Made by a program: the position numbers and the translations under genes. DNA of 64,000 nucleotides from the IMG/VR virus record IMGVR_UViG_3300021963_000035, positions 1 to 64,000 of that record. One strand, written 5' to 3'. Each line of letters starts with the position of its first letter. Positions within the stretch are counted from its first letter, which is position 1. This DNA comes from a virus. Below, piece by piece: positions 31,401 to 41,700 of this stretch. The notes beneath the pieces are model-generated. The model ran no database searches. It worked only from the letters and a program-made list of their open reading frames with translations, and had not been told where the DNA came from.

Positions 31401-34400
31401 GTATGGAGCAGAAACAACAATAATAGATCCGTTTATATTAGAAGATACTGCATAACCAAGTCTGTCACCAGTGTTTAATGTTTCAACACCGATATCACTA
31501 ATCGTTGAAATATTTGATATATCAACTGATTGATATAATTCTAAAATATCTCCGCTGTCTATTTTATAGATATAAACTTTACCTGTATTCGTTTTAGATG
31601 AATCTTCTGGTTCAAATCCCGGTGATCCGACTACCAAAGTCGAACCGTCTTGACTATAAGCTACAGAATAACCGAATTGATCGTAAGGATCTACAGAAAA
31701 TTCTTTAAACAAATCATCAGTTTTTAATCTCCAGATGTCACTAGTGCCATCATTATAAAATTGATAAACATTACCGCTATAATTATTTGCGCCAGGTGCA
31801 CCGACTGCTAGGTATGTAACATCTCCTAACTTTGTAGACGATAAACTAAATCCAAAACTTTCATACGCTGCCGGTCTTGGAGAAACATAAGTGTCTTTCT
31901 GGGTCCATTGATCATTTTCCCATTTATAAAAAGTGATGACACCTTGTTTAATATATCCCGGATCAATACCTCCGCTATCGGCTAATATGTAATCTGTCAA
32001 TTGCCATTGGCTAGAATTTAAAGTTATAGAACTTCCGTCGCCGTTAATATTCTCAGTGGCTTTCCACAGTTTTCCATTATATACAACTACTTGACCGGTT
32101 AGGTAAGTAGCTGATGGACTGAACGTGCCTCTATAAGCAGAATTAACTCCGCCTGCATCATAAGAACTTACAATCAACCATTGTTCATCATTAGTAACAT
32201 GAAGATTTGATCCGTACTTGTTAGTTAATTCCGATAAGAACTCGTTAGGTGGGATTAATATCTGCGAACTCTTTAGTCCGTCAGTATCTGGTTTATAAAC
32301 AACAACAGCTGAATTTCCATATAAGGAAGCAATCGCTTGTTTTCTTTCTGGTACATAGAATACACTAGTTCCTGCATAAAGAGGAGAAGTTGTACCAAAT
32401 TCAAGCACTTTATTATAGGTGTAAACAGAACTTTGTTTTTGTAATACTTCCCAATTTCCTTCTTCGTCATCATCTATAAAAATAGTATCGCCGACTTTTA
32501 ATCTTGCTATTGAATTATAATCAGTATCATTCGAAGTTGCAAAACGGCATTCAACAAATCTACCTATATCGATAGCTGAACTATCTTCTGGCAATATCGG
32601 TGTTGATGAAGTACCTGCAATTACAAAAGAGAATCTATCAACTGATTTTACTTTATAAAATCCAGTTAAGTTTGTAATACTGGTTAATCCTACGTATTCG
32701 TCTACAGACAGATCATGAGGAAAATTTAATACAACAGTAACGTCATTGGTTATATCATCTTTAGTTACAGAATTTAGATCAAATGAAGTTCTTGTATATC
32801 TTAGAATACTCCATTGTATATCTTCTGTGTCAAATGTTACCCAAACATGATCTCCGTATTTGACTTCACTTATATTCAAGTCAGGTATATTATCTCTAGA
32901 TGATATTGCCCATTGTACCTGATCTACTGCAACATACCCTGCGGTATGAGAAGGAAGTTCGTATTTTTTCTGAGGATTAACATCTGTACTAAACGGAACT
33001 AGTGATATTGAATAAGAATTATTATCAACTCTTATATACTGATCACTTACATCCTGAGAAGGAACATTATTTGTTAACAGTATTGGTTGAGGATTTAATC
33101 TAAATTTTCCAGAATTAAGATAAAACTCAACTTCGTTAAATTGATCTACTCCGCCGAATGTTCCTAGTCTAAATGCCCATTCTTCTTTTAATTGAATACT
33201 ATCAAGTTTTCCATTGCTTAACTTATCAAAGACCTTGGTAATAGAATTAGGAGTTCCTTTTTCTTTTATAAAGCCTTGATACAATTTAAACTGACTGATA
33301 TCATTTTGTGTAAGATTATCAAGATAATCTCTCTTTTGATATCCAATTGCATGTCTTGCTAGGTCTCGCTGGCTTGTGCCAACGCCTTCGGCATCAAGAT
33401 CATAATAATCTTCAAATTGATTAATCTTATAATCAAAGTTTGCTACTAATCCTTTTTCAGGAGTATAATCTAACTTAGTCCACTTTGTTTCGTCGAAAGA
33501 TACTGAACCTACTTGCTTTATTTGGCTGGTCCAATAAAACTCTCTATACTTGACGATGTCTCCTAACTTATAGTCTGTATACTCTTGCCATTTCTTAATA
33601 TTAACATTATCAAACAAGAATCCTGGGCTAGTATAATCTCCATCCCAATCAGTTGTTCTATAACCTATAACTTTCAATCTATCTTGTCTATATCCAGATG
33701 TCTTATCGTACAGAACATCGTTAAAGACTGTCCTGTCGTCAAAAATAACGACGTGCTCTTTTAGCACTAAATTTAAAGTTATAAAATATATCCCGTCAGA
33801 TGTGTCAACTACATCGACAGTCAGAGTCTGATAATCTCTAATAACATTTATATTAGACACTGGTAGTAATGTACCGTCACTCTTTAAAACAGAATAATCG
33901 TAAAAACTATCTAATAAAGATTCGGATACACCTACTCCAAATTTAAATACAAACTTTTTAGCATTAGGACTTAAACTTAATAAAGATCCCTCTGGCCAAT
34001 TATGCTTGGTCCAGAACATAAATTCTTTAACGCTGGTAAACCAATCATTTACTGTTGATAACTCGTAGTTGAATTCATCAAACTGTATGCCTATGCTCTT
34101 AAGATATTGTTCGTATCCAAATATAAAATCAATTACTTCTTGTACAGTGCCTAATACTGTCGAATATGGCAACACGCTAAGTTGTGAAAAATCAAATGTA
34201 TTACGCTTTAATGCTTCTACAGCCCCTTCTTGTGGTAAAGAAGGAATTTGCTTATAATATTCAGATTCGAAACTTGCACCGGCAGTGTGACTCGATATAA
34301 CTCTATAATACTGATTATTATATTTGACTATCTCACCCAAAGCATAATATTTGTTTTCAGTCCAAGTAACAAATGAGGAGGTGATTCCGCCAACGCTGAT

Positions 34401-37400
34401 TAATGGATCGCTTTGATTTGATATGGCTTGGTAATAATTAAAATAAGGTCGAACTTTGTCATATCCGTTTATCTTCCAACCTGCTGCGGTTTTTTCTATT
34501 AAAACTGCGCTATAAGATATGGAAGAGAACGGTGATCCTACATTAAAAATTATCTTAAAGTTTTCCTTAGGAACAAATACACTCCTACTAGTTGACTTAG
34601 GATTTTTACTATCTAAGATGTATTGTTGCTGAGATTCATCTACAAACCCAGAAATTTTGTTTGATAGTTTTACATCAATGCTGTTAAATTTGTTTTTTAT
34701 TTCTAGGTAATTCTGAGTTTTCGATTTTGAATAATCTATCAAATAATTTAATAAGCCTGCTGTTTGATTAGAATCAATATCAGGATAGACTATATCTTCG
34801 ATCTTAACAAATTCTTGAGTAGGTTGGTAGATCGGTTGGCCGATTATATTTTTAGATATTCTAAATGTATCTAACGATTTTGTAATAAAATCAAACGGTC
34901 TTAATAAACATAATGTTGATATTACTACAAAAGGATATTCGGAACTTTTTCTCCAGGCATTTTCTACAGGAGCAATATCGCCAAACTTGTACTCTCCTTT
35001 AGCAAGGACTAAACTAAATTCTTGGGCTAGATTGGATTCTAATGGAGATTGTAGATCTCCGTTTTCATTAACTGGAAGATGTTGTAACAGCGTAGGTCTC
35101 TTATATCTATCGTACTCGCCTGCTCTCGGACCTTGTCGTATAATACCGTCTTTTAAATCTTCCCATAATAATAAATTTCCGCTAGTATATGGGGCTGGTC
35201 CGTATTCCTCTTCCCACCATGTTGGTTTTTCACTAAACCCTAACATTTCCCAAGGACATACGTGAGGTCTATCAGTATCATAGAACCAATCATAGATACC
35301 TCTCCAATAACCTTTAAGATTAATTGTTTGGGTAGATTCTGTCATGTTAGAATAATTGTATGTGAACGAATTACCGTTCTCAAAATAATCATTCTTAATA
35401 TAATCAATGTTTGCTGCCGAAACCCATTTTAAGAAATAGGACGCCATTACAGAATTTGTCTCATCTTTGTTGAATAAAGAATTTCCGTAAAAACCTCCTA
35501 GGTTTTCGTCAATGTTAAAAACTGTTTCCTCATACGATGTTTTGATATTGTTGTAAATTCGTTTTTCTAATTCCAACAATAACTCATCTCTAAAATCATC
35601 ATAAGCAATTGTTACACTACCATCGTGACCTTGAATTACTTTTGTAGGAGTAACATAAGTGTCGTCTACATAAATTCTAGGAGTGAATTTTTTATATAAA
35701 CCTAACTTAGTCGGTGTAGGCGGAATAAAATTAAATGCAGTAGTTGAATACTGACGGATTTCTATAATGTCGCCTTCATTTAAATCTATTGTAACATTTA
35801 TAAATCCAAACGTAGAATCAAAAGTATATTCGCGATCTACTAACAATTGTACACCATTGTGATATACGTAAATGGCGTTTCTAGAAAGGGTCGAAAGATC
35901 AAATTTTTCTGTTAAGGCAAATACTTTTATCTGTCTTTCTACTGTATATTTGAATCCGAAATATGCTCCGCTACCTATCATGTCAGAATCGGCAAACGGA
36001 GAGTCAGCTGTTTTAACTTTGTTTAATTCTTTAAAAATTTGATCAACAAAATCTACTGGATTTAGATCATAATTCAGTTTAACTGCAAGAGTTAAAAAAT
36101 TATTTCTAAATTCAGAATATGATCTCCTAGCAAAATCTAAAGATTTAATAATATTTGTATTCTTATCACAGATCAATGTAATAGCGATCGGAGACAAACT
36201 AGCATGTTTGAGGAATCGTCGACCGTAATGTTGGTAATCTGATATATCTCTAAGATTAGAAGTTCCTGGAAAATTCCCACTAAACTCTTCGGTTATCTCT
36301 ACCATCGATCTTAAATGATCTAACGCTTGCCCAAAGGTAAATGAAGTTAGATCCTGATTTAATGGATTATTTTCTAATGTTGGAGGAATTTCATAATACC
36401 CTTGGTCAGGTACTGCATCAGTCCAAATTTTAATTGTAATAACTTCGCCGGCACTAAATGTATCTTCAAAAGTAAAGTCTCTATTATTAAGACCAGATCT
36501 AACATATCGGCCATTGTAAATATTTCCGTTTCTATAAAAAACGATTTTTTCTCTAGTAACCTGTTCCCAGAAAATAGTGTTAAATCTAATAGTATTTGTG
36601 CTAATACTTAATACAATACTATCAATAACTGGTTGTAGATATAGCGTATCAGTTTCAATCCAGGTATTTGAATATGTTACATTAGTTGAATCAACATTGG
36701 TTCTTAAAAATCCGCTGCTGATTTTCTTTTCTACTATTGATGTTGTTTGGTACTGGAACATATCACTGTCCCAAGTAGCATCAAATAATATATCACCTAT
36801 GTTATCAATATTAAGATAACTCAGGCTAAATCCTAATTCAACGTCAGATACACTTGATCCGACCTTATATGTTAATACTGTAGTTCCTTTGAACTTGCTT
36901 GACGGATAATAGGTTTCATTAGAAAAACTATAACCATCGCTGTCATATACATCAAATAAAGGAGCTTGATTTACTGCTGTCTTTAGTTGGCTTAAAGTCC
37001 AGGTAGTACCATCAAAATGGTACATTCTTCCGCCGTTGTCTTGTCCAAACTTTACAAGAACACAATCGCCAGATACACTGACTGCGTCCTCTTCTTCAAC
37101 TAGATGAATCTGTTTTCCTGTGATTCCGCTGTACTGAGTCTTTATAAAAGTTACTCTATAGATTTTATTTTTTACTAAACTATCAGTATCAGCTGTGAAT
37201 AAAACTCTGGCGCCTTCAAATAAATCAACGCCTTCAATGTTATAACCTGCAGAACCTTCTATAATACTAAATGCGTCAGATGTAAACACATCGATAAGGT
37301 CAATATCTTTCTTAGCGAAGCTACCGTGATTGAATAATTGAAGATCTGGTTTAAATTCTATAATTGGTCTTTTAGCCCTAGCCGACTCTGGTAAATCAAA

Positions 37401-38768
37401 AGTTGTGCCATTAAAAGTATGAGAGTATTCTAGAACACTCTTATGAAACCATCTATTGTATCTACTCCAAGGATTACTATCTACACTAGATTTATTAATA
37501 GTAATATAATCTTTGTCTAGAGGATATGAAGTAGCATCATCAAAAGGAACAGTGTCAAATCCTTCGTTATCAAAAACTATTTCGCCAGTTGAAGCTATTA
37601 ATGCTGGCGTCGATATTGTGTCAAATCTAATTAATCGAATTCCAACGCCGACACCTTCAACTAACCAAGTGCCTTTAGAATACTCTTCAGGAAATACTTG
37701 TCCAGAAAACTGGACTACTAATCCATTAGTAAATGTTACATTATTTGAACTCTTATAAGTTAACTTTTTTAATATTTCTTTTTCTACATCAAGTGTTGTG
37801 TTTTCATTAATATTCTTAACTAAGAATCTTCCTGTTCTTCCCGGTTCTTGATCGCTAACATAAAAAAGAATATCAGGAGATCCGTAAGGAACTGTGAAAG
37901 TAATCTTTCCAACTTCGATTCCGTTGTTAGTTACACCGGCACTATAATAATTTCTTTTATCTAAAGTAGTTTGTTCCCAATCCTGACTGTTTGAGTCAAT
38001 TGAGCTACCGTCACCGTTAATGTTAGTTTTTGCTCTCCATAACTTGCCAGCAAATTCTACAACATCTCCAACACGATAATACATGTTAGGATTAAACTCC
38101 CCAGACACATATTCTAAACCATTTGATGTTCTAATAGAAAATTTGTTTCTAGGAGAATTTACATCAAAGATATATGTCTGTCCTCTGTATAGTACAACAT
38201 CAGGATTTGCTGTTAATCCGTCCGGATTAAAAACCCAAGCAGGTAAATCTCCAACTGTTTGTGCTCTAACTTTATATTCGGATGTTATATTCTGGGCTTG
38301 ACCTTCTACTGTGACCACAGGAGGTCCATTGACTGCCCAATAGTATTCTCTAAAGTTTGAAAACTTATCCCAGTCAATCGGAGGATTCCAGGAATAGCTT
38401 TCTGTTTGTGTGATTAAATTATCTTTCTCGATAGAGTTACCAAAAAAGTTTAGTTGATTTTTAAAGTCTAGATAATCGTAAAATGTCGAAACATTATCGT
38501 CATCGTCAACAGTTACTATGCCTGGCTCTAATTGATATCTACTTCTAAGAGTATTATCAGTATCTAGGTAAACATCAGTGCTATTATAGGTCTTACCGTA
38601 TCTTCTGCCTACAAAACCAGATAATTTTTCTAACACTCCCGGTTGTACAAGAGGATCAAGTGTTCCTCCTAAAAACTTAGAGTTGTTACCTGTCTGAAAG
38701 ATCTTTGGTAGGAGATCAACTGTCCTTCTGATCTTAATACCACTTTGTGTAAAAACTTTTTCGGTCAT
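25410..38768 (-). CDS. giant (4452 aa) baseplate wedge-like structural protein with CBM5/12-like and FG-GAP beta-propeller repeats
   Basis: Directly follows gp6 (the gp7 position). Contains YLKEVKPYRTKIRE, GSGYxxPPxVxIxGGGGSGATA repeats, FG(Y/F)S...LxVG(A/S)P repeats and Y-x-x-G-x-x-V-x-Y modules. Confidence 0.75.
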   Translation of the reverse strand: MTEKVFTQSGIKIRRTVDLLPKIFQTGNNSKFLGGTLDPLVQPGVLEKLSGFVGRRYGKTYNSTDVYLDTDNTLRSRYQLEPGIVTVDDDDNVSTFYDYLDFKNQLNFFGNSIEKDNLITQTESYSWNPPIDWDKFSNFREYYWAVNGPPVVTVEGQAQNITSEYKVRAQTVGDLPAWVFNPDGLTANPDVVLYRGQTYIFDVNSPRNKFSIRTSNGLEYVSGEFNPNMYYRVGDVVEFAGKLWRAKTNINGDGSSIDSNSQDWEQTTLDKRNYYSAGVTNNGIEVGKITFTVPYGSPDILFYVSDQEPGRTGRFLVKNINENTTLDVEKEILKKLTYKSSNNVTFTNGLVVQFSGQVFPEEYSKGTWLVEGVGVGIRLIRFDTISTPALIASTGEIVFDNEGFDTVPFDDATSYPLDKDYITINKSSVDSNPWSRYNRWFHKSVLEYSHTFNGTTFDLPESARAKRPIIEFKPDLQLFNHGSFAKKDIDLIDVFTSDAFSIIEGSAGYNIEGVDLFEGARVLFTADTDSLVKNKIYRVTFIKTQYSGITGKQIHLVEEEDAVSVSGDCVLVKFGQDNGGRMYHFDGTTWTLSQLKTAVNQAPLFDVYDSDGYSFSNETYYPSSKFKGTTVLTYKVGSSVSDVELGFSLSYLNIDNIGDILFDATWDSDMFQYQTTSIVEKKISSGFLRTNVDSTNVTYSNTWIETDTLYLQPVIDSIVLSISTNTIRFNTIFWEQVTREKIVFYRNGNIYNGRYVRSGLNNRDFTFEDTFSAGEVITIKIWTDAVPDQGYYEIPPTLENNPLNQDLTSFTFGQALDHLRSMVEITEEFSGNFPGTSNLRDISDYQHYGRRFLKHASLSPIAITLICDKNTNIIKSLDFARRSYSEFRNNFLTLAVKLNYDLNPVDFVDQIFKELNKVKTADSPFADSDMIGSGAYFGFKYTVERQIKVFALTEKFDLSTLSRNAIYVYHNGVQLLVDREYTFDSTFGFINVTIDLNEGDIIEIRQYSTTAFNFIPPTPTKLGLYKKFTPRIYVDDTYVTPTKVIQGHDGSVTIAYDDFRDELLLELEKRIYNNIKTSYEETVFNIDENLGGFYGNSLFNKDETNSVMASYFLKWVSAANIDYIKNDYFENGNSFTYNYSNMTESTQTINLKGYWRGIYDWFYDTDRPHVCPWEMLGFSEKPTWWEEEYGPAPYTSGNLLLWEDLKDGIIRQGPRAGEYDRYKRPTLLQHLPVNENGDLQSPLESNLAQEFSLVLAKGEYKFGDIAPVENAWRKSSEYPFVVISTLCLLRPFDFITKSLDTFRISKNIIGQPIYQPTQEFVKIEDIVYPDIDSNQTAGLLNYLIDYSKSKTQNYLEIKNKFNSIDVKLSNKISGFVDESQQQYILDSKNPKSTSRSVFVPKENFKIIFNVGSPFSSISYSAVLIEKTAAGWKINGYDKVRPYFNYYQAISNQSDPLISVGGITSSFVTWTENKYYALGEIVKYNNQYYRVISSHTAGASFESEYYKQIPSLPQEGAVEALKRNTFDFSQLSVLPYSTVLGTVQEVIDFIFGYEQYLKSIGIQFDEFNYELSTVNDWFTSVKEFMFWTKHNWPEGSLLSLSPNAKKFVFKFGVGVSESLLDSFYDYSVLKSDGTLLPVSNINVIRDYQTLTVDVVDTSDGIYFITLNLVLKEHVVIFDDRTVFNDVLYDKTSGYRQDRLKVIGYRTTDWDGDYTSPGFLFDNVNIKKWQEYTDYKLGDIVKYREFYWTSQIKQVGSVSFDETKWTKLDYTPEKGLVANFDYKINQFEDYYDLDAEGVGTSQRDLARHAIGYQKRDYLDNLTQNDISQFKLYQGFIKEKGTPNSITKVFDKLSNGKLDSIQLKEEWAFRLGTFGGVDQFNEVEFYLNSGKFRLNPQPILLTNNVPSQDVSDQYIRVDNNSYSISLVPFSTDVNPQKKYELPSHTAGYVAVDQVQWAISSRDNIPDLNISEVKYGDHVWVTFDTEDIQWSILRYTRTSFDLNSVTKDDITNDVTVVLNFPHDLSVDEYVGLTSITNLTGFYKVKSVDRFSFVIAGTSSTPILPEDSSAIDIGRFVECRFATSNDTDYNSIARLKVGDTIFIDDDEEGNWEVLQKQSSVYTYNKVLEFGTTSPLYAGTSVFYVPERKQAIASLYGNSAVVVYKPDTDGLKSSQILIPPNEFLSELTNKYGSNLHVTNDEQWLIVSSYDAGGVNSAYRGTFSPSATYLTGQVVVYNGKLWKATENINGDGSSITLNSSQWQLTDYILADSGGIDPGYIKQGVITFYKWENDQWTQKDTYVSPRPAAYESFGFSLSSTKLGDVTYLAVGAPGANNYSGNVYQFYNDGTSDIWRLKTDDLFKEFSVDPYDQFGYSVAYSQDGSTLVVGSPGFEPEDSSKTNTGKVYIYKIDSGDILELYQSVDISNISTISDIGVETLNTGDRLGYAVSSNINGSIIVVSAPYGDFNLTDSGLVYVLKNSATSPNYKLTNKINGLDLEAFEKFGSNLILTPSGNRLVVGAANSTSRLKTRFSDNTVFDNGTTTFSQARGSSGRVYVFEKQDTEYLLAEDLDADFVPNESFGYSISATENFVLVGSPTYNDEPNVLTTAGQIRLYTKQQDKVVWTNLAKQQLQSNISLIKSLSVYDPSKNVKIADIDIVDHYKGKFLGIVEEEIRFKNPYDPAFYSRGNEEQVVVDSNQAWYGDQIGMLWWNSDTAKWLNYEQGTTAYRTGHWNQQVVGSSVDIYEWIETELLPSEWSLVADTNEGLAVGISGQPLYPDDSTYNSKEFYDTNTGLINKTLYYYWVKNTVVVPDIKNRSISAASVAAFINSPSLAGIPYIGVIGINEYVAFNFDKVLTKDQILFNIQWYKENKNINLIHNEYQLLTEGVADSIPAETLERKWIDSLVGYDTMGNKVPDPSLSAKQKYGLSFRPRQSMFIDRSTAFKIFLDNVNEILTTKPFADNLNFERLGSVDEIPNPLLNLYDITVETYLDLTQLTVPKVRTASLRGNIIDGKLESLDILDSGFGYRIPPPVTISGTGVGAKVELTIDNSGRITGYTIINKGKKYDSITLTVRGFSVLVTNDETYNNYWTVYQYEDRTSQYYRSLTQGYDTTKYWSYVDWWKTGFSSSTRIDHEILGLYLDDTLTELENNSLVKVSEYGSGGWAVLQVVDVTATTLNKKYELIGRQNGTIQISSTLYDTSINQVGYDNVGTYDFAAYDKQPLAETRNIIEAIKTDILIDDLQYKWNQIFFNSIHYVFSEQLYVDWAFKTSFLQALHSVGDLVQKTHYQNDNLESFEEYLKEVKPYRTKIREYTSCYDSLDQTRSIISDFDLPPTFNKSEGQVLPVKSTNEITSTYPWKFWADNNSYGISEINVYYAGSGYINPPQVLITGGGGSGATAKAYIANGKVSGVVVLTSGSGYITSPTVELVGGNTDLSLTATAYATIGRGVVRSMNLGIKFDRISKQGSFTKFTQEETLTANGRTAVFDLKYPPTRDRSKFTIYIDNNLILSNLYTVTLYTKEIDGNSVLKGRVKFSYVPVNGASIKISYEKNDSILDSVDRINKFYSPDAGMIGNNTEQLMTGIDFGGVIIQGSSFTATGGWDALPWFSDSWDSVSANSDYYVIADGSTTSVELPYVPAIGQAINVYIKRGDFSTLPDKTGKFTRIDDPYYDVYDGSTVQPNGKTSAPVTAVMNTFVGNGVTKSVNLPYNLHTQAGDILIFRSSDSDGTVVISDLNVLDTNLSGGTLANTNSLYTTATGKTVDEILVYGETFISPSQVPAPEENIPGQVLDSVSIKVFTSVNIGAPNVLSRVYFGNGINRKFEIGQSILEFNAVAVYLDKIKQVLTLDKYDTTSDAWVNLDVGTIEFLNPPSFGIPIEIVSFGPGGYGILDYVEFVGDGNTRFFVTNARYADTSKIVATVNGIESSAIFINSATVLNNTNNTAVEFPGAPNVGDQIKILVMGGLNNSLIDKTPIRINQQTIIYDGSTRTYSLDNFVSLEKASAAGNMIVEVNGLYIDSGDMLSVKYNGSNNSFVIGTDPAVASGSILLSQIKVYINNVLAEFIRQWLFDGQTNTLTVLSSELTINDEIIVEIVRDVKYTISNNNIVFDSSLSLNPNDQILVTWFSEYSTLSLVKDRFVGSKTSLPIRRQSISNSFIWIYKNGHRLTPEVDYSYNKLYSIAELRVETIDTDIITVLIFGNNVYKDPVAYELYKDMLNHNHFTNYSINSVELAKELKYYDTVIEVNDASSLPVPNVADRVPGTIFVNSERIEYYTKTGNILGQLRRGVYGSAIAESHEIGSKVVDVSIYQSLPYREYQAREDFVSDGSTLLIGPLSFTPAQGTRSSWYRNTIPSTYGPCDQLEVFIQGKRLVKDSYKQYSENNGLESPAADIDVEADFSVNGKTPYIRLTKAVPAGVRITVIKRTGQIFYDQGLTTASSGTTLLDNTTPVANFLRNKTTKLPE

Positions 38769-38769
38769 C

Positions 38770-41700
38770 TTATTGGCTCGTATTGCTAATTATAGAATTA
38801 GAATCTAGATTCATTTCTGCGGCAGTAATAGATTCAACTATTATGATATCATCTACTGTTGCTGCACTAATAAAAATTTCGTCTTGTCTTGATTGTATTT
38901 CAAATAAACTACCAAATTTCTGAGTGGATTGTTTTGGTACTAAAACAAAATTGCTTATGTCTGGAGATAGTTGATTTATTACATATGTGGCCATTTCTGT
39001 AAAATAGAATTTATCTCCAAAGTCCCAACCGTCTACATTAAAGAACTCGTTGATAGCAGCTATTATTCTTACCTTTACATCATTATCACTTATAGTTTTA
39101 TTAGGATTTTTTACTACCTTGAACTGTGCTTGAAACTGTATATCTGCTTTTGAACCAAACAAAGGCTTGAACTGCACAGGATGATAAATGATTTCATCAC
39201 TTACTGATTTGATTGCATTTAACCCAGAACCAAACTGTATTCTTAATTGATCGCTATTAGACAATAATGGTTTTGTAGAATACCCAGATAGATAATTTCT
39301 AAATTCAGTGTCATATGCTCTTGTTAAAATATAAACATCAATTATGTTGCTAACGCTAGGATCAATTCTTCTGTCAACTCCTGCATTATGAATGTATTGA
39401 AATTTAACATTATCTCTTCCTAGATTTGCTCTATAAGAACTATCTATAACAAATGTGTTAGTTGACTTGTCAACCCGTTTAACAACGTCCTCAGTTTGAT
39501 CGTAAAAATATACTAGGTCGCCGTCATTGTAGGAATTAATATTAACAAGGTTAGTTCTGCTGGCGATTTTAATAGCACCAGAAGAATTATCAATATACTG
39601 ATAATAAGTAGCGCCATATTCATCTATAGATTTTTTAAAGAAAATATACTTTAGATTATCGTCGCTACCTGCGATTATTTCAAATGATTCCGGATTATCA
39701 ACAACTCCGTCGTCGTCGCTATCAAAGAACGCTAATTTGACACTAGATGTACTTTGATAACCATCATCAAATCTAACATTATCAACTATTTCAAACTTAA
39801 TATCATTTTTAACAGGATATATTTTGTTATAATCTGTATTAATGCCCAAGATGTTTACTTGATCTTTTACAACCTGCTTGGTTTTTGTGTCGAATACTTT
39901 TTGTCTATTGTCAAAATAAAATCTATTTTGCTTTAGACTTTCAAAAACATAATCTAATTCTCTTACGTGTACATTAAATTTAATACCGTCATATACAAAT
40001 GCTAAGATCCAAGAACTATCTAAATTTAGACCTGTTGTGTCACCTGCTGTACCTGCACTAAAAAATTGTGAAGTAGTGTTAAGATTACTGGCTGTTATTA
40101 TTTTCCAATCTCGATCAGCAACACTGTATCTCAGACCAAAATTTGAATAATTGTTCATTAGATTTAATACTTCTGTCTCTAAGGCATCTCCGATATTAGT
40201 GATAAATTTTGGAATTACTCTAGATATAACAGAATCGGTTGGTACAGTATCGCTGAATGTAATTGGACCTTTTCCGTTGGCTAGCACACCTCTATTAGCG
40301 TTCGTTCCATCCCCTACTACACTTACAACTTTAACCCATAATCTGTCTTTCTGTTCCCAATCTGATAGATCGAGATCAACTAAAGTACCATTTTTAAAAG
40401 CTTTACCTGTAGGTGGAACAAATTTAACTAATGATCCTGCTTCAATGTATTTTAAATTTGTAGATGTATAATTTCCAACTTTTAATTTTGTAGAATCATT
40501 TACATTTCTAAAATATCCTGTACTAGAATCGCCGTCGGATGTTATCTGTAACCAATGAATGTTTAAGTCACCAAACAGAATTTTATCAAACTTACCTAAA
40601 TAAAAATTGTAAACTCCGGCACTGCTAATTGCAGGTTCAACGACTTGTCTTATAAAATTAACTATCTCAGATTTAGATTTAAATTTTAAAGAAAACGCTT
40701 TTTCTAATTCGTGTTTATATATTAATCCGTCATCTGCAAACACGTTAATCTTAGAATATTTTCCTGTTGCATCGACTATGTCAAAGTTCCTGCTAATTCC
40801 GCTAGATGTTCTATTGATTGCTTTTACTTTCAATACATCTTGGCTGGCAGACAAAGGAGCAAGGTTATAATCCTCACCAGTAATCATTCTATTTTGTGTA
40901 TAGTATAATGCAGGCGCTTTTGATCTAATGCTGCTAACTGTTTCTGATGCTGCGGCATTGTTGACAGTATATTTTAAACTTAATGTAAAAGTTAAAGTAT
41001 GCGGTGTTCCAGCTGCATTGACATATGGAACACTTACAGAAATGCCCCTCATTTCGTTAGGAGAAATAGAATAGGTTAAACCATTACTAACTCTGTAGTA
41101 CACTCTAAATGCGCCTTGAGGAAGATTTCCATATATGCCATCAGAAAATTGTAGTTCAATTTTATCATTTGCTGTTGTAACTACTGTAAAAATATTTCTA
41201 ATATCTTTACTAATACTGTTATAAATGATATTATTTCCGCTCAGCGAAGGTACTTTAGTCCATTCGTCTGTTTGTAACCCATTAGAATCTAATCTGTACA
41301 ACCAAACATCATCGTCATTAATGTTTGCACTATCAACTGAAACTCTTTCGTTAGTAGTAGGCTGAGCAATATTAAAATCTGCTAACTCTAAACTACCCTG
41401 TTTGAACATTAAAAAGAATCCGGTACCGGCGCTGGCTGCACCCTTACCATCAGATCTAAAAATAAATCCTAACTGATTGCCAGGAACTGGCGATTCTTCA
41501 GATATCTTCTCGCCGTCTGGGAATGCTGTACTTACTATTTCAAAGGCTGTAGATCTTGACGAAACAGCTCGGCTATAAGAATAAATTGGAACATCAGTTG
41601 TGTTAGTGTTGAACCTATATTGTTGGGTAGTTATACCATCTATAACTGCTTCTCCCTGACTGTTTCCAAATTGTGTATTTTCTGCCATTGCAGAATTTAA

